A stretch of 64,000 bases of DNA from Rhodosorus marinus CCMP1338 (Eukaryota > Plantae > Rhodophyta). Made by a program: the position numbers and the translations under genes. Below the pieces are notes generated by a model. The model had not been told where the DNA came from. It ran no database searches and was given only the letters and a program-made list of their open reading frames with translations. Of this stretch, positions 50,015-62,954 are shown piece by piece. Positions within the stretch are counted from its first letter, which is position 1. Each line of letters starts with the position of its first letter. The stretch is from NCBI GenBank assembly GCA_029953675.1, contig JAMWBK010000005.1, forward strand, positions 248,001 to 312,000. Direction: 5' to 3'.

Positions 50015-52151
50015 ATCTGTTCTGTTTTCCTAGACCCCTACCCCGAACAACAGAAACCCTCAGCAGACTTCCATACGTTTCATCGAATCCTGTTTTTTCC
50101 CAACCCGTCTCTTAAACCATAGAGTCCAAATAGTCCACGCCTCATCAACAAACAGCTAGATACCTAGCTTTTCTGCACTCTCAACCCAAGCCCTCTCTCG
50201 CTCAAACTAAAACCAGCATTTCATCTACCTTTATTAGAACGTAGCAACGTGCAAAACATTTCGCTTCTTCCCCCTCCCTCCTCTCCCTTATATGCTCAGC
50301 CTACTTCCCAGATCCGCTCACAGTATCATACTTTGTCAGAATCTCACGGTTTCACAGATCCAGCAGCCCCCCCCCCCTCCGACATCCCCGTTACACACCT
50401 CCCTCCCAGTCATAAAACTAGTAAAGACCCCTCCACTTCATCGACCACCGGTGTCACCCACCCCCTACAATGCACTTCAACCAAAACAACCCCCCCTCTC
50501 AGGGATCCGTCGTCAGAGCGTTTCAAGACTTAACCCCTGCCGGTTGTATTTTCAAAAAAATTATTCACTATTATCTAAAATATTTTTGGGGAACCCGTAA
50601 GGGCAAAGCATATTCCTGTACCCCTTATGTAGAAATCCTTTTGAGTTTCTATTTGAGATTTTGATAAGATTTCCGTTTGTGCTTCCTCCCCCTCCCCTCA
50701 GGCATCCTTTCCAAAGCTTCCTCCTTAACAATTTAAGTGCAAGTGGGATCAGGCAAGGAAACGACGACATTAGTTAAACTATTGAAGAGTAATTACTAAT
50801 TACTACACTTCAAATATATATTTCAAAAAGTTTAATCGACTTTATATTGTCGATAATATTAATTAAATATGCGGGATTATGTAACCCCTCAAGAACCGGC
50901 CATTAATAGCGCCCCGAAAAGCTAGTTGTGCTACTTTTGAGAGGTGTTCTAGAAGGGGAGGGAAAGATTCGATTTTTTTTGGAAAGTACTAATCGGCATT
51001 CATCGATAGGTCCCTTGCCGAGGCAGAGGCGAGGGGAGCAAGGGGGTTACTTATTGTACTCTTTGGAAACGAATTAAGACCAGGAATTTGTAAATTTCAT
51101 GAAACGGTTGTTTTTCGTTTGAATAGAAGGAGGGATATTGGACAAGAAGTTTGAGGTCTTGGGAATTCGAAGCAAAAACGCACCCAGCTTATACGAATAA
51201 AAGGGTCTCTTTCTATTTACTACCGCCAAACACTGTCAAGCGATTGAATTCCAAAATGATATAGGGTGCTGAGTAGAAGAGGATGGGCAGGGGTTTCAAG
51301 ATGGTTTCGATATTTTGATAAAAATTAAACAACCATTGGGGATATGCTGGGAGTAAAACGATTGTGGAGCAACGACAACTAGGCTACAGGTTTAGGTTGA
51401 GTTAGTGAAGTACGGGAGCCCTGCGCACCGTGCAATTCGTTTCATTATGAACAGCATCTAAGACCTCGACCTCTGGTTTTTGTCGGTTCAAAAACGCAGG
51501 ATTTTAGTTTACGGTTTGTATTGCTCTGTCGGATAGTGTTAACAACGCCTGGTTGGTCATTTGTGGGAGCTTCAAGACGAAACTCCCCGCGCGGAAGTGA
51601 TCACGAAAACAGAAGGACTACCGAGGCGTCATGAAACGCCTATTGGGGATGATCAGCAACGTTGCGCAAGCAATATCTGGCTGGAATACTTCGAGAGGTG
51701 GACTGCTGGTTGTTCTCTGGGAAAGAAGAATCGGCTGACTCCCTGTCGATTGGTTGGAACAGTCTGGCAACGTCCACCATCCTTTAAGCTGGACGTGGTT
51801 CTCATGTCAGGCAGCATGTTCCCCGCTCGAAATGGGAACAGCAAAGCTTCGGACAGTGCTTTGCTAGCGCTTACCAGCTGGTATCCAAGCAGGGGGAATG
51901 CTGTGGAAAAGTAGCTGGACAGTTCAAAGGTGGAAGGGATGTGCCCCGTCATTGAGGAAATCGCCTGTGCTTCGCAAAGCAACTTGATCCTGGCCCACGG
52001 AGCTTGTTTGGCTTCCGAAAGATGAACACTCATCAACTAGAGTGATGAATTCAGCTCATTGTGTTTGTCCCCTCATCCACACAGCGCTTTGCCACGACGC
52101 TGAACTGTGAAGTAGGTTTGGTCGTCTCGTCAAGTTTCTGAACCAAAGTAG

Positions 52152-52188
52152 TCTGCATACAGTAGTAGGCACTACAGTAGTATGCAGA
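52152..52188. repeat. Combined direct and inverted micro-repeat
   Basis: TCTGCATAC...GTATGCAGA arms (9 bp). TACAGTAGTA occurs twice (52158, 52173). Confidence 0.7.
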
Positions 52189-53646
52189 ACGAAAGCCTGG
52201 CCCAGTCGTTGGGGGTGTATTTATTCGCCAAGCGCCCCGCAATCTTGACATTCAGGGGCTTGAGGAATTCGATCCGCGACGTAGTACGCGTGGGATATTC
52301 TTCTTGTGCTACTCGGCAATGGGTATGTCTTGGAGTCTGCAGGACTTGACAGTTCCAATTGAATAGATCAAAAGAACAACCGCCCCCAGACGCAAGAACT
52401 AAATGCGACCAATTGCCAATCCTGTGTACTCGCGCCCTTTCCCTCTCCTCCTGATCGAGTGCGGCAGAGAGCAAACTCCCAAAGGACTTGCAGCTGCACA
52501 AAGTGGCTACTATGTGATAAAGCAGCCAGCCCGCCCATCGTCGGCCCCCAGGGATGTCACAGCGTATGAGAACAACCAAAAAAAAATTTGGTGGTTCGGA
52601 CACCAAATTGGAACCTGATCGTCAATGACGTCACAGGCGTATTTAATAATAGATCGGAGAACCGATCTAGAATACGATCGTTCCTCTTTTTTTTGCATTT
52701 GGAAGTTTTTCGTAATGGAAAAGCTTACAAAGCAAAAACATGATTGGTCGAACCTGTTTGCAATCCTCCAGCGGCTATTCTAGGAGGGTGAATGGCTCAA
52801 CGAATTGTCTTGTTATAAATTTCGGTAAACCCAAGAATAATTGGATGAGCTAGGACAACATTTCCATATAATTGCTTATAATTGGCTCTTAGATATCTCT
52901 TTAAGCCAATAGAATTCGGCTAAATCACTCTTGACTAGTTATTGATGGTATTGATGTATAAAAGTATGGATAATTGTTTTTACTACACAATAAAGCATCC
53001 CAACCGCCAATCAGTTAACTTTGCGGTTTTCAGATATGGAATATTTGTTTCCGTATTTCATTGGACTGACCAATGTTCTCGGCTCACTTCCGCCCAAAAG
53101 AAAGAAAGTGATTGACCGGCCGCAAGAGGGGGTTACATGGAGGCGGTTTCTGTTTTGTCAAACATTCGTGAAAGCTATATGGTCATCACTTCGGGTTGAC
53201 TTGTATTTCGATGAGGATACAATGTCCCCAATTATTGCTCGTGACATGCGATAAAGGATTCCATACTGATACATTCTGATACTACGCCTGCCTGCCCATT
53301 CAAGTCCACTACCGTTCGTGGGTCAGAGAGGGGGACATCAGCGCAAACGATTGACGCACAAGTGACCCGACTGAGCGAGGTCCGCTTCGTCAAAGACGAT
53401 TTTTCTATAGAGCATTCTTTAAAGATAGGTTCAATTACACATGCGCTCTCTCTAAGACATCAGGCGACGTGAATAAATCATAAATCTACAATCTTTGAAT
53501 TACAATACTTTGTGGGCTAGTCCGACTCTCATGCTGCATGTACTGCCTCTACACATCGCACAAAACAGACCCGTTCGGGTCGCGCTCACTTGCAGTACAA
53601 GCACACGTATGCCAACTACGCCTACTGAGACGTTGACACCACCCCG

Positions 53647-53973
53647 CTACGCATCCGTCTTCACAAAACGGCCCTTTACTCGCGGCCTACTTCTCGCAAT
53701 ATTTTTCCTCGATTCGTACCTGATCCTCTTCCCAAACTGCCTCCTCAGCCGTTTCTGCTTATACCTTTCAATGGCATCGCTGCGAAGGCGGCGGTGCGCC
53801 AAGCTTGACTTTTCAACACTCGGGGTGGTACTCTCTGTTCTAGTATCCGAGGAAATCTCACTTGTCGAGTTCGCGTCCCCACTGATAGTTGACATGTTCA
53901 TCAAAATTGAAACGACGAACGAGTCGTCCCGCTTCTGTCCCTCCTCCTCGCTGCTCTCCATCACCCCCGACAT
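53647..53973 (-). CDS. CCT-motif-only protein (108 aa; an upstream exon is possible)
   Basis: RSDAIERYKQKRLRRQFGKRIRYESRKNIARSRPRVKGRFVK is a textbook CCT motif. Confidence 0.85.
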   Translation of the reverse strand: MSGVMESSEEEGQKRDDSFVVSILMNMSTISGDANSTSEISSDTRTESTTPSVEKSSLAHRRLRSDAIERYKQKRLRRQFGKRIRYESRKNIARSRPRVKGRFVKTDA

Positions 53974-55608
53974 CCTTTCGCGCCAACACAGACAAACGAA
54001 TCCTAACACACAAAATCCAATCTCGACAAACCAAATCCAGTTAACCTCTTACTGCCACTACCAACGTCACCGCTTCTCGTAGACCTTCCCCATCCCGCAA
54101 CTGTGATTGCTCTAGCTACCTATATACCCAAAAGCCATGTACATGCTTCTACTCCCTCAACATTTGGACGTATCTATATGCCCTTTTCAGACGCGCACAC
54201 AAGAAAAAAAATCCACAATTTTTGCAAAAGCCGTCCCACCTCACCCCCCTCGTTTTCGCTTCCCACCCCCTCAAAAACTACAGTACTACTAAATACCAGA
54301 CACAGCTTTTTCCGCACAAAATAACGAGGCGACTCATTAGAGCCTCGAAAACGGAATGCTCTGAAACGGGTGCAAATCCCAACACTTTCCCCCTCAATCC
54401 AAAATTCCAACAGTTTTCAGTATCTCATGTTTTACCGCACTACCCCCTAACACACATGCATACTACTTCTTTTTTCCACCAAAATTTTCATATTTTAATT
54501 TTGCATAGACAGGAATTCACTAAGGGGGACCTCTGGTTTTGGGGAGATTGAAAAAGCTCAGCCGGGGGGAAAGTGGTGGATAAGGATTTTTAGATATTTC
54601 GCCCATAGCAAAGGGCCGAAAAAGGTAGGCTTCCGACTACCCAACCAGAGGCCGAGAAAATCCTCGATATTGAAATATCCAAAACAATAGACCAAGCACT
54701 CCGGAGGGGGTGGAGATGCATACTTAATATGAAAAGTACTTTTTTGCCCTATACGCACGATATGGACGAGCAGAATAACAAGAGTACATCGACAGTGAAT
54801 ATCCGGGGGTTCATGAATATCCCCACCTGGAAGAAAAAATGAAGATCCGGTCCCTAAAAAAGGCACCATACAAAACTTTGGGCAAAGCAGAACCTTGCGA
54901 TGGTTTTCGGCTAGCCAAAAGGAAGCAAATGACGTAAAACTAGATCTTTGTGCATTGAAAAGATAGAGGCGGAATAGAAAGGGGTAATAGGACAAAAAAT
55001 GTACCCCTATCGGCCGCCTGGACCCAGGACCAGTCCTCCTAGAGAATTGAATTGCTTAATTTTGATTTCTCGCCAGCGTTTTGACCAACGAGAACGTGTT
55101 TGTGTAATTAATATCGGCCGTCCTGACCGCTTCGATTACCAAGCAGAAAGGAGGGCGAAGTAAAATAACTGAAAAAGTACACTATAATCCGCCTCTAGCG
55201 TCCACATCCTATAGGAAATAGTATTGTTTAGACGAAATTTTTGGAATGTCAGATATTTTGAAAGCGCCTTCATCGGCCTTGAATAGCTATACTTTTTGTG
55301 CGAGTAGATATTTTTGATTTTCCTATCTTCAGCTCGGATCTGAGTTGGTGCCTGGGTTTGTCGTGGTGTCGTTTTTAGATGCGACCTATTAACTGGCACA
55401 ATTCATTGGAAAAACTTGATTTATGAATTGTTGGCGACAGCGTTCAGGGGGTTTGTGGGTTTTACGAAAAATCCCTTTGGTTGCAATCACTTTGCAAATC
55501 GGGTAAACCAATGAGGTGGTGGAGGGGAATGTTATTCGTATTATTAACATGGAAAGCGGTTTTAGTTTCATAATTCATGACGACATTAGTAAAACCAGAC
55601 CCCAGAGT

Positions 55609-56118
55609 TCACGCGATTGAAGCAGATCCAAACCGGTGAGATCCAAAACCCAATAACCAAAAAAAAACACAACACATATCCCGCTTGCTGGAGCGAGGAA
55701 CACATTTACAGGCCGAAAACAGGCGTCTGCCATCTTCACAAACCCGCCGCCATGAGGCGGTATCCTTCGTCAGTTGGCAGAGTGCAACTCTCCCTGCCCA
55801 AGAGAGAGCCAAGCGGAGGCAATCTTGTTTTTCGGTAGTTTTGGGGGCATCAAGGCGTCTAGAGGTTTTGCGGTGGCGGAATTTGGGGCTCTTGAATTGT
55901 TGAAATCTATTGAGCTGGAGCACACGTCCCGAATCCAGATGCTTTGCCAATGTCTGGAGAAGGTTTTGGGCGTGCGCTGAGAGACGGACTGCAGAACCTT
56001 GGAACTCAGCCCTTTTGGAACCATGTTTGTACGGAACTTTCAGAACTTGCTGGTGTGTATTGTGTAGTCCATGTGCATGCTCTTCCTCCTGGTTATCCAG
56101 AACAAGCTTCTGACCCAT
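55609..56118 (-). CDS. Hypothetical ORF (169 aa)
   Basis: ATG-initiated ORF divergent from the LIM gene. No domain recognised. Confidence 0.25.
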   Translation of the reverse strand: MGQKLVLDNQEEEHAHGLHNTHQQVLKVPYKHGSKRAEFQGSAVRLSAHAQNLLQTLAKHLDSGRVLQLNRFQQFKSPKFRHRKTSRRLDAPKTTEKQDCLRLALSWAGRVALCQLTKDTASWRRVCEDGRRLFSACKCVPRSSKRDMCCVFFWLLGFGSHRFGSASIA

Positions 56119-56394
56119 GACGTGTCAAGCAAATATTCTGCTGCAAAGCGACCGATAGTGCGGTTCCCCAGCTATGTAGAGCTCATTGCCTTCGGTTTAC
56201 GCCTTCTTTGCGCATTTGTTTAGTCAAGATCCATCCCTCCCGCCCCGGAGCAAGCAGATGGGGTTTGGATGGCTCGGCCGGGTAGCAAGGCGATTCATCT
56301 TATTTCGAGTGGCACTTAGCAGACTTCACAATTGAGGGAGATTGCTCTCAGAGGGGCCAATTAGCCGGCGGTCTTCTATCAGAAGAGCTTTTCG

Positions 56395-57793
56395 ATGGAG
56401 TGCAGTCGATGTGGAAAGCCTCTGAATGGGACAAGGCGTCGCAGCATCGGATATCAAGACTTCCACGTACCGTGCTTCAGTTGCGCGGGCTGTGGGAAGT
56501 TGCTAAGCGAGGAGCGTGCCCACATCCGAGACCAACTCCTCTGGTGCGAGAAGGACTACAGACGTCGGTTTTCGGAAATTTGCTGTTACTGTCACCAGCC
56601 CCTGACTGGTGAGCAGGTTACAGCGGGAGGCAAATCGTACCATCGGAAGGTAATTTAACGCATCTAGGCGCAACGCTGATGGGACCTCTAACGTTCTCTG
56701 GTTTATGATTGCGTCCCCCTCAGCATCTGAAATGCAACGCGTGCGGCAAATTGGTCGAGTCCGCGCACGCTGAAGTCAACGAACAGTTCTATTGCAAAGA
56801 TGAGAAGTGCTACGGGAAAGCCAGATTACTGTGTGAAGTTTGCGGCAAGGTTCTTCCCTCAAAGCATCGGATGACTCCGAGAGGGAATCGTCTCTGCTCG
56901 TCGCACGTGGGTGTTATCCCATGCTCAAGCTGTGGCAGGCCTGCTCGGACTCAAAAGTCCGGCAAACCCGAGAGTATTACGCTGTGCCCTGGTTGCCAAA
57001 AAAACAGGGTTGAAACTGGCCAGGCGCTTAAAGCCTGCGTCCGAAAGGTGCGACTTTGGACTGTCCCAGTGCAAGTTTGCTGCGGGTTAAAGGACGTCGC
57101 TCTGTTTAGGTATGCCGCGGAATGGAGCACCTCGGTTTCCCACTGGGTGCTAGAACAATCAAAGCCAGCCTAGCTGATGAGGAAGGAATCAGAAGGCATA
57201 TGGTGACACTCTCCGACAAGCTACCGTCGGCTCTGGTTGTCGGAAAAGCCAGCGGTTCGCAGGTGAGCATGCGCAGCCATTGCCTCCATGGCCTCAAACT
57301 AACCAAGGGGGTTACGGGATATGCGTCAGCTAACGCATAATTGCGTTGTGTTCATGTTGGAGTGGTCAGGAGATTTTGGTACTCGCGGGATTGAGCGAGG
57401 AGCACACGATGGCCTTGATATCTCATGAGTTGTTTCACATATGGCTGGTACGAAATCGAATTAAGGTCGACGAGCCGGTCCTGCTGGAGGGGCTGTGCGA
57501 GTATATGCAGGTGGGGTAACAGTACCGTTGCTGCGAAAATCCCAAGCGTGGTTGAAATGTTTCCGACTATTTTCTCGCATTCCTCGCAGTGGCTCTGGCT
57601 TCGAAGACGACACCACAAGGAAGACGCAAGATATCGATGCAAACAACTGGAGACGAACCCTGACGAAATTTACGGCGGTGGCTTTCGGAATTGTCGCTCA
57701 GCAGTTCAGCTTACCGGATCCTTTGGCTCCCTGATCGAGCACGTTCGAACGAACAAGAGCTTTCCACAGAAAGACACTGTGCGGATAACTTGA
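56395..57793 (+). CDS. DA1-like protein: two LIM domains, a LIM-like domain and a HExxH zinc metallopeptidase; multi-exon
   Basis: LIM1 CSRC...HVPCFSCAGC...CEKD; LIM2 CCYC...HRK|HLKCNAC...C; LIM-like LCSSH..CSSC...LCPGC; peptidase EILVLAGL...ISHELFHIW...LEGLCEY...PDEIYGGGFR...HVRTNKSFP. Confidence 0.85.
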
Positions 57794-58509
57794 CAGCACA
57801 CCAAAACAAGACAACAGTTCAGATAGTAAATTATGCGAGGGTGTGTTCAACCACTCCTCCAATTCCTGTCTAAGACAACATGCCTCCGCTGGATAACCAC
57901 CTGCCGAAACCCTACCGCAACCGTGGAAGCCATGCAAAACTTTAACCACCGTACAGAACGTTTTTCTGCACCAGCGTAGGAACACTTCGCCTGTAACAAT
58001 GTTGTGAACATTGCAAATTTTATTTAAGCAAATTTCGTGCTCCTCGCTCCTTCTTAAAGCGAGCAGAATGATTCCATCTTGACTAGCAAATTTCGACGCG
58101 TATTTAGAGTGATTTCTAATGGGATCGTTCATTTCAGTTTTTCGGTAAATTTGAAGTGGAATTCTCTCAAGATACGTCATTAAAACCCTGCAGCAGATCG
58201 GCTTATTTACATGTGTTCGTGAGCTGCAACCTCGTCCGCGGCATCGGTCAATAGAAGGAGCCTTGTTCACAGAGAGAGGTTCGAAGGTAACTAAAGAGAT
58301 GACTACTAATCTTACTGACGGTACGCAATTTCGTTCACAACTGAATGTTTACCTTCTAGTCAAGATTCATTGAAGTCGATGGCTCGGTTTGGTAACTTGG
58401 AACAGGATCCTTGAACTCCTTGGATATCTCCAAGAAAAGCACTTCGTATACGTCTATCGCGGAGAAGGGGCCGATCGTTGGCTTTCAAAGTCATGACGAT
58501 CCAGTTCGT

Positions 58510-59005
58510 ATGCCCTTGCCTCCATTTAGTGAAGAAACTGCTCTTCAAAAGGTATCGCGTCCGAGCTTCAGTCTCGAGTATATGTGACCGAGGCGTAAAG
58601 GGCTTCAATTGTATCTTGCTGATCGTCGAACTTGCTGTATAGGTGAAGGCAGCGGAGAATGCATGGAATACCAGGGATCCTGAAACGGTCTGCATGGCAT
58701 ACACCCCGGACACGGTTTGGAGGAACCGTGACCACATTTTCTGCGGCCGAGAGGAGGTCAAAAGATTCCTGTCCAACAAATGGGTGAAGGAGCAGGACTA
58801 CAAGCTTGTGAAGAACCTGTGGTGCTACAGCGGGAACCGAATTGGAGTCAGGTTCACTTACGAGTATCGACTTCAGGGGACTGATCAATGGTATCGCTGT
58901 CACGGAAATGAGCTGTGGGAGTTCGATGGCAGAGGGTATATGATGCACCGTGACATGAGCGGAAACGACATTCCAATAGACGAGAATGACCGCTTATACA
59001 AGTAA
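58510..59005 (+). CDS. DUF1348 (NTF2/SnoaL-like) protein; 2 exons (58510-58551, 58643-59005)
   Basis: MPLPPFSEETALQK|VKAAENAWNTRDP...AYTPDTVWRNR...KW...DYKLVKNLW...NRIGVRFTYE...WYRCHGNELWEFD. Confidence 0.9.
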
Positions 59006-59207
59006 AGTCGCCCCCTGTACCTTTGATAATTGAGACCGATGGCAGAGTATTTTTGGTTGAAGTACGGGATGTTGGACGCAGAAGAAAACCCGCTTATTTA
59101 CCGAGTCTAGACTTCGTGCTCGATCCGTTTGAGGAGACCCCGGGATGTCACTATCAAGGATCACGCTTAGTAGTTGGGGTATGCGAACGTACGAATCGTT
59201 CACCAAT

Positions 59208-59250
59208 GACCAGCGCAAAGCATTAACCCCGCATGCTTTTTGCGCTGGTC
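59208..59250. repeat. Near-perfect 16-bp hairpin
   Basis: GACCAGCGCAAAGCAT, a 9-nt loop, then ATGCTTTTTGCGCTGGTC (2-nt T bulge). Confidence 0.85.
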
Positions 59251-60807
59251 CTCATTAACATCGCAGGTAGTTGGCGAGACGGGCTTCGCTTCCCTCTTGA
59301 CAGGTAGCGACAGTAGATCCCACTGCAAGAATGCTTCTGTCTTTCCCTAAAAGGTTGGACTTCCGAGGATCCACGGAAGTTGTTGGTGGAGGCAACGCTT
59401 TTCGCTGTTGTGGTGAAGCAGGCGATGAAGGTCTGCTTTTATTCACAGTTCATGGATACCTCATTTGCACCAGAAGGAACGCAGACCTGGTAATTCTTCG
59501 AAAAGTATGGTCAGTCCAGTCATACAGAGAACATCATCCTTCAGTGGACTATAGAGCACTATATACGGCATCATGCGGGGACCAAAAAGTTCAATTTAAT
59601 TTATTTAAAGAACGAATCTAGGCCATTCAATAAAAAATGTCATCCCATTTAACAAAAATACATTCTCTAGGATTCGTCATTTTGAGTAAAAAACCTGCGC
59701 ACATCTTGTTTACCAATGACGACTCCCCAGACATAATAACTTCCATAATACAGTATTCTATTTATTGAAATATCAATGTTTTACCGGCTTGATCAGGACC
59801 AGCAGCCATTCACCGTAAAAATTACGTTTTTTCGAGATTGCTAGACGAATGATAATTTGAACCAGTATTGCTGGATTAAGTTTTCTCTAAGTTTTGCTCA
59901 AGATATATGTTTTTTATTCCAAATACATAGAGTTCGGAGTTGTACATTCGTACTTTATAGTAGCAAATTTTGAATTTATTAAATTTGGACATTCTTGGCC
60001 CAAGCAAGTTTTAGAAGTGCTGTCGTAGTCGTTTTCTAGTTTGATAAGAACTACTCAATTGCGCCTTGTCTTAATTCATGAAACTTTTTTTTTCTCTCTA
60101 ACCAGCAAAGTTTTTTTGTTTTGAGGAAAAGTCGGTCGATAGAAAAAAAAATATACGCAACCCCTTGGTACGAGAATGCGTGAAGAAAAATCCGGTCAAT
60201 ATCGAAGGGGTAAATTTGTTATTACCGTACTTAAAAGTTTTAAAACACGTAAATACCGGCTTGGATGTAGTCTTTATCCGGCACCAGGTTCTAGCCTAAA
60301 GTTTGATTTGGTTCCCTGGGTTGGGGGTATAGATAGGAATGGCAACTGACTAAGTCTCAAAATATAGTGCAATATGAGAGCTCTGAGTGTGTGGGATAGG
60401 AGCATTTGACGGGGTGTTTCGTACTGATTAGTAACAACGTTGTTTTTAGGGGAAAAAGGGAGGTTTTTTCCCTATTGATGTGATGTGGCTGGATGGAGTG
60501 CCTCCTGTTAGGTGATGTTGCTATTGGTAGCGTTTTGTATTAGGTTGGTAATTGAGCAGGTTGGGATCGCATGGGGCTTGTTTGGCTTTTGGCCAGCTCT
60601 GGAAGAACTTTGCAAGTAGAATAAGCTTGGGAGCGGTTCAAAGAGGTGTCTCCTTTCATTTTTGATATCGATCGTAGGTTAGAATCCTTGTTTTGGAGGT
60701 GGATTGGGCGATTGAATTCGCTGACTTGAATCGGAGTCGCGAGTTTTAGCGGAGTTTCGAGGTTCTTTCAAGTGGGTTGTGTGGGTTTCAAATCTTTCAG
60801 CTTTGGG

Positions 60808-62954
60808 ATGAGGGTGCTTTGGGCTTTGTGCGTGGTTCTTGCCGCGTTCGCTTTCGTCGAATCGGTGCAAGTCTCACAGAAGGATCTAAACGCGTTGCTT
60901 GAGCAGGATCCGACCATTGCGTCGATCATTGCAGCTCGTGTGGGAGAGGATGCAGAAGCCCCAGCATCGGAGGATGATACGAAAAAGCACGAAAAAGTCC
61001 CAGCAGAAAAGAGTGACGAGAAGGATCAGGATCCACTCCAGTATCTTCGCGTGGAATGTATTTCATGCGGCGAGAAAACATCTGACTACTACGCTGAGGA
61101 ATATGGTTTGGGAAAAATTCCTGTCTATACCTCAAGCGAACTTCAGGGCGACTGGAAAACGTGCACTGAGGCATCTGGCGATCTGACAAACAAGGAATGC
61201 TATGTGGACGACGAATTTGAAGGACAAATTCGATTTGATTTGATCATGGGCTTGTTTGGAAAATTTGACTTCCAGGGGAATACCGTCAGCGCGAGTGGAG
61301 GTAAGGGAAATAGTGAATAGTGCAACGCGCCCGCGGTTCAATGGGGGGGGCTCTTACATGAAAGAGCATTTCTATCTGACTCATGTTTCAGGCTCCGCTA
61401 ATCCAGTCCTGTATGTGCTTCCCGAGTTGGACGAGCTCACGTTGCATTTCCATATCGACTACAACTGCAAGCCTTCGAATCAGGAGACCTCTGAGCTCAC
61501 TCTGAAAGTACAGGTGGATGAAGATGACTTCATTACTTTCAAGTGGTTGAAGGTTTGCGGCCAGGGCAAGAATGACAAGATCCTCTTGCGCTACAAGGAG
61601 GAAACAGGTGAAAAGGCGGGCGAAATGGTACGTTTCAATTCAAGGATCAGCTCCGGTTCTCCCGGCTCAATCAGTTGTCTATTTTCTCCAATGTTGTCAT
61701 TTGCGCTCGGTAGGTTGCATTCTCAGAGAAGAATCTTGTTGTTGGCGAGGATGACGCAAGCACGCAACTCGAGCTGAAGCTGATCCCGCCGGTTCGGGAT
61801 CAACCGTACGAAGAGCCGAAGCTAGTATCCGACAACGAAGATATTGAAGTCAGCTTCAGACGCCGCAGCTCGGGCGAAGGTGGCATGGTGCTGTTTGGCC
61901 TGAGCTTACTGGTTGTCTACGGTTGTAAAGTTGACAAGAAAGCTGAGGCAACTATCACAATGACGATTCCGGTTCCGCCGTGGGATCCAGTGGTTGCTAC
62001 TTGGAAGAAGAAATGCAAACCGTCTACTCCTTCAGGTATGGAAAACTCCTGTTGACCAACACTGACGCCCTGGCGCTAATGTGCGGGAGAGCTCAATCAT
62101 GCCTGCTCCTTGGTTTTTCTAGAGTTAAACATTGGAACCAGCCTCGAGAAAGCTGACGTAATAGCTAATGGGGTTGTAGCGAAGGAGTTCAACATAGAAT
62201 ATGAATCTGGGCTGTCTTTCAAGAAGTCTCATTACCGAATAGACCTGTTCCGCCACAACCAGAAGTTCTACGTCTCCAACCAGGACAACGAAATCAACAT
62301 CCATGAGGTTATTATCGAAACTAAAGACAACTCGATCTTGGAGGTTCAGGTAGTAGTTCCAAAACGTGGTGCGGCGGATTACATACGAGAGGATGAGGTA
62401 AGGAAACAAACTTTTTGGCAAAGGCTCGATTGAGAACACCCCTGCTCGTCATCGTCGTGCATGGATTAGGGTTGCTAAGCGCAGATGCTGAACGTCTTAT
62501 TTGCCCAATGTTTAGACCCAGATAGGGGCCGGTCAAAGGAAGATACTCAATCTTCGGTTTATCTGCTTCCTGGAGGGCGAGACATCTGTTCTGGTGACAC
62601 TTTCAACAGCAAAGCATGGACCGATTGAGTTTGGATTCGTAAAGGCTTGCTATGCTGGTGTAAAGGTAGGTCAAGAACTGAATGAGCGTATGGGAGTCGC
62701 AGCCGTGCTGGGCGTTCGGTATGCGCGTGTGGCCTGCGGAGGTTTTCTGACCAACTATTTTGGCTCAATTTTGCGCGCAGGTAATCGGGAGCGGCTTCCT
62801 CCGCACCAGCGGGAGCCTTTTTTACATTTTCATTGCAGTTGGCGTTGTAGTTGCTGTGTCTATGCTATGGGGAATGCGAAAGTACGCGGGAAGTCTTCTC
62901 GCGTCCCGGAGGTCTTATGCTCCAGTTGCTCAAGCACGACCTGGAGGCTACTAG
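60808..62954 (+). CDS. Unknown type-I membrane protein: signal peptide, three Cys-bracketed beta-rich repeats, one TM helix, short tail; multi-exon
   Basis: Signal peptide MRVLWALCVVLAAFAFVES. Repeats YNC...FKWLKVC, YGC...ATWKKKC, FIC...FGFVKAC. TM LFYIFIAVGVVVAVSMLWGM. Introns are GT-AG and in frame where checked. Confidence 0.8.

Noticed and set aside
51561-52618. Coding-like fragments, with a faint LAxxQ(T/S)G(F/Y)Y echo of the orphan gene at 4.3-6.7 kb
   Set aside because: The frames are interrupted, no coherent splice model emerged, and the similarity is too short to exceed chance.
53021-53254. ORF containing an SV40-like NLS (PPKRKKV)
   Set aside because: It starts at TTG, is short, and the motif comes from an A/G-rich run; there is no other support.
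57698-58270. 190-aa minus-strand ORF
   Set aside because: It overlaps the DA1-like stop antisense, is Cys-rich without a pattern, and has no recognisable domain.
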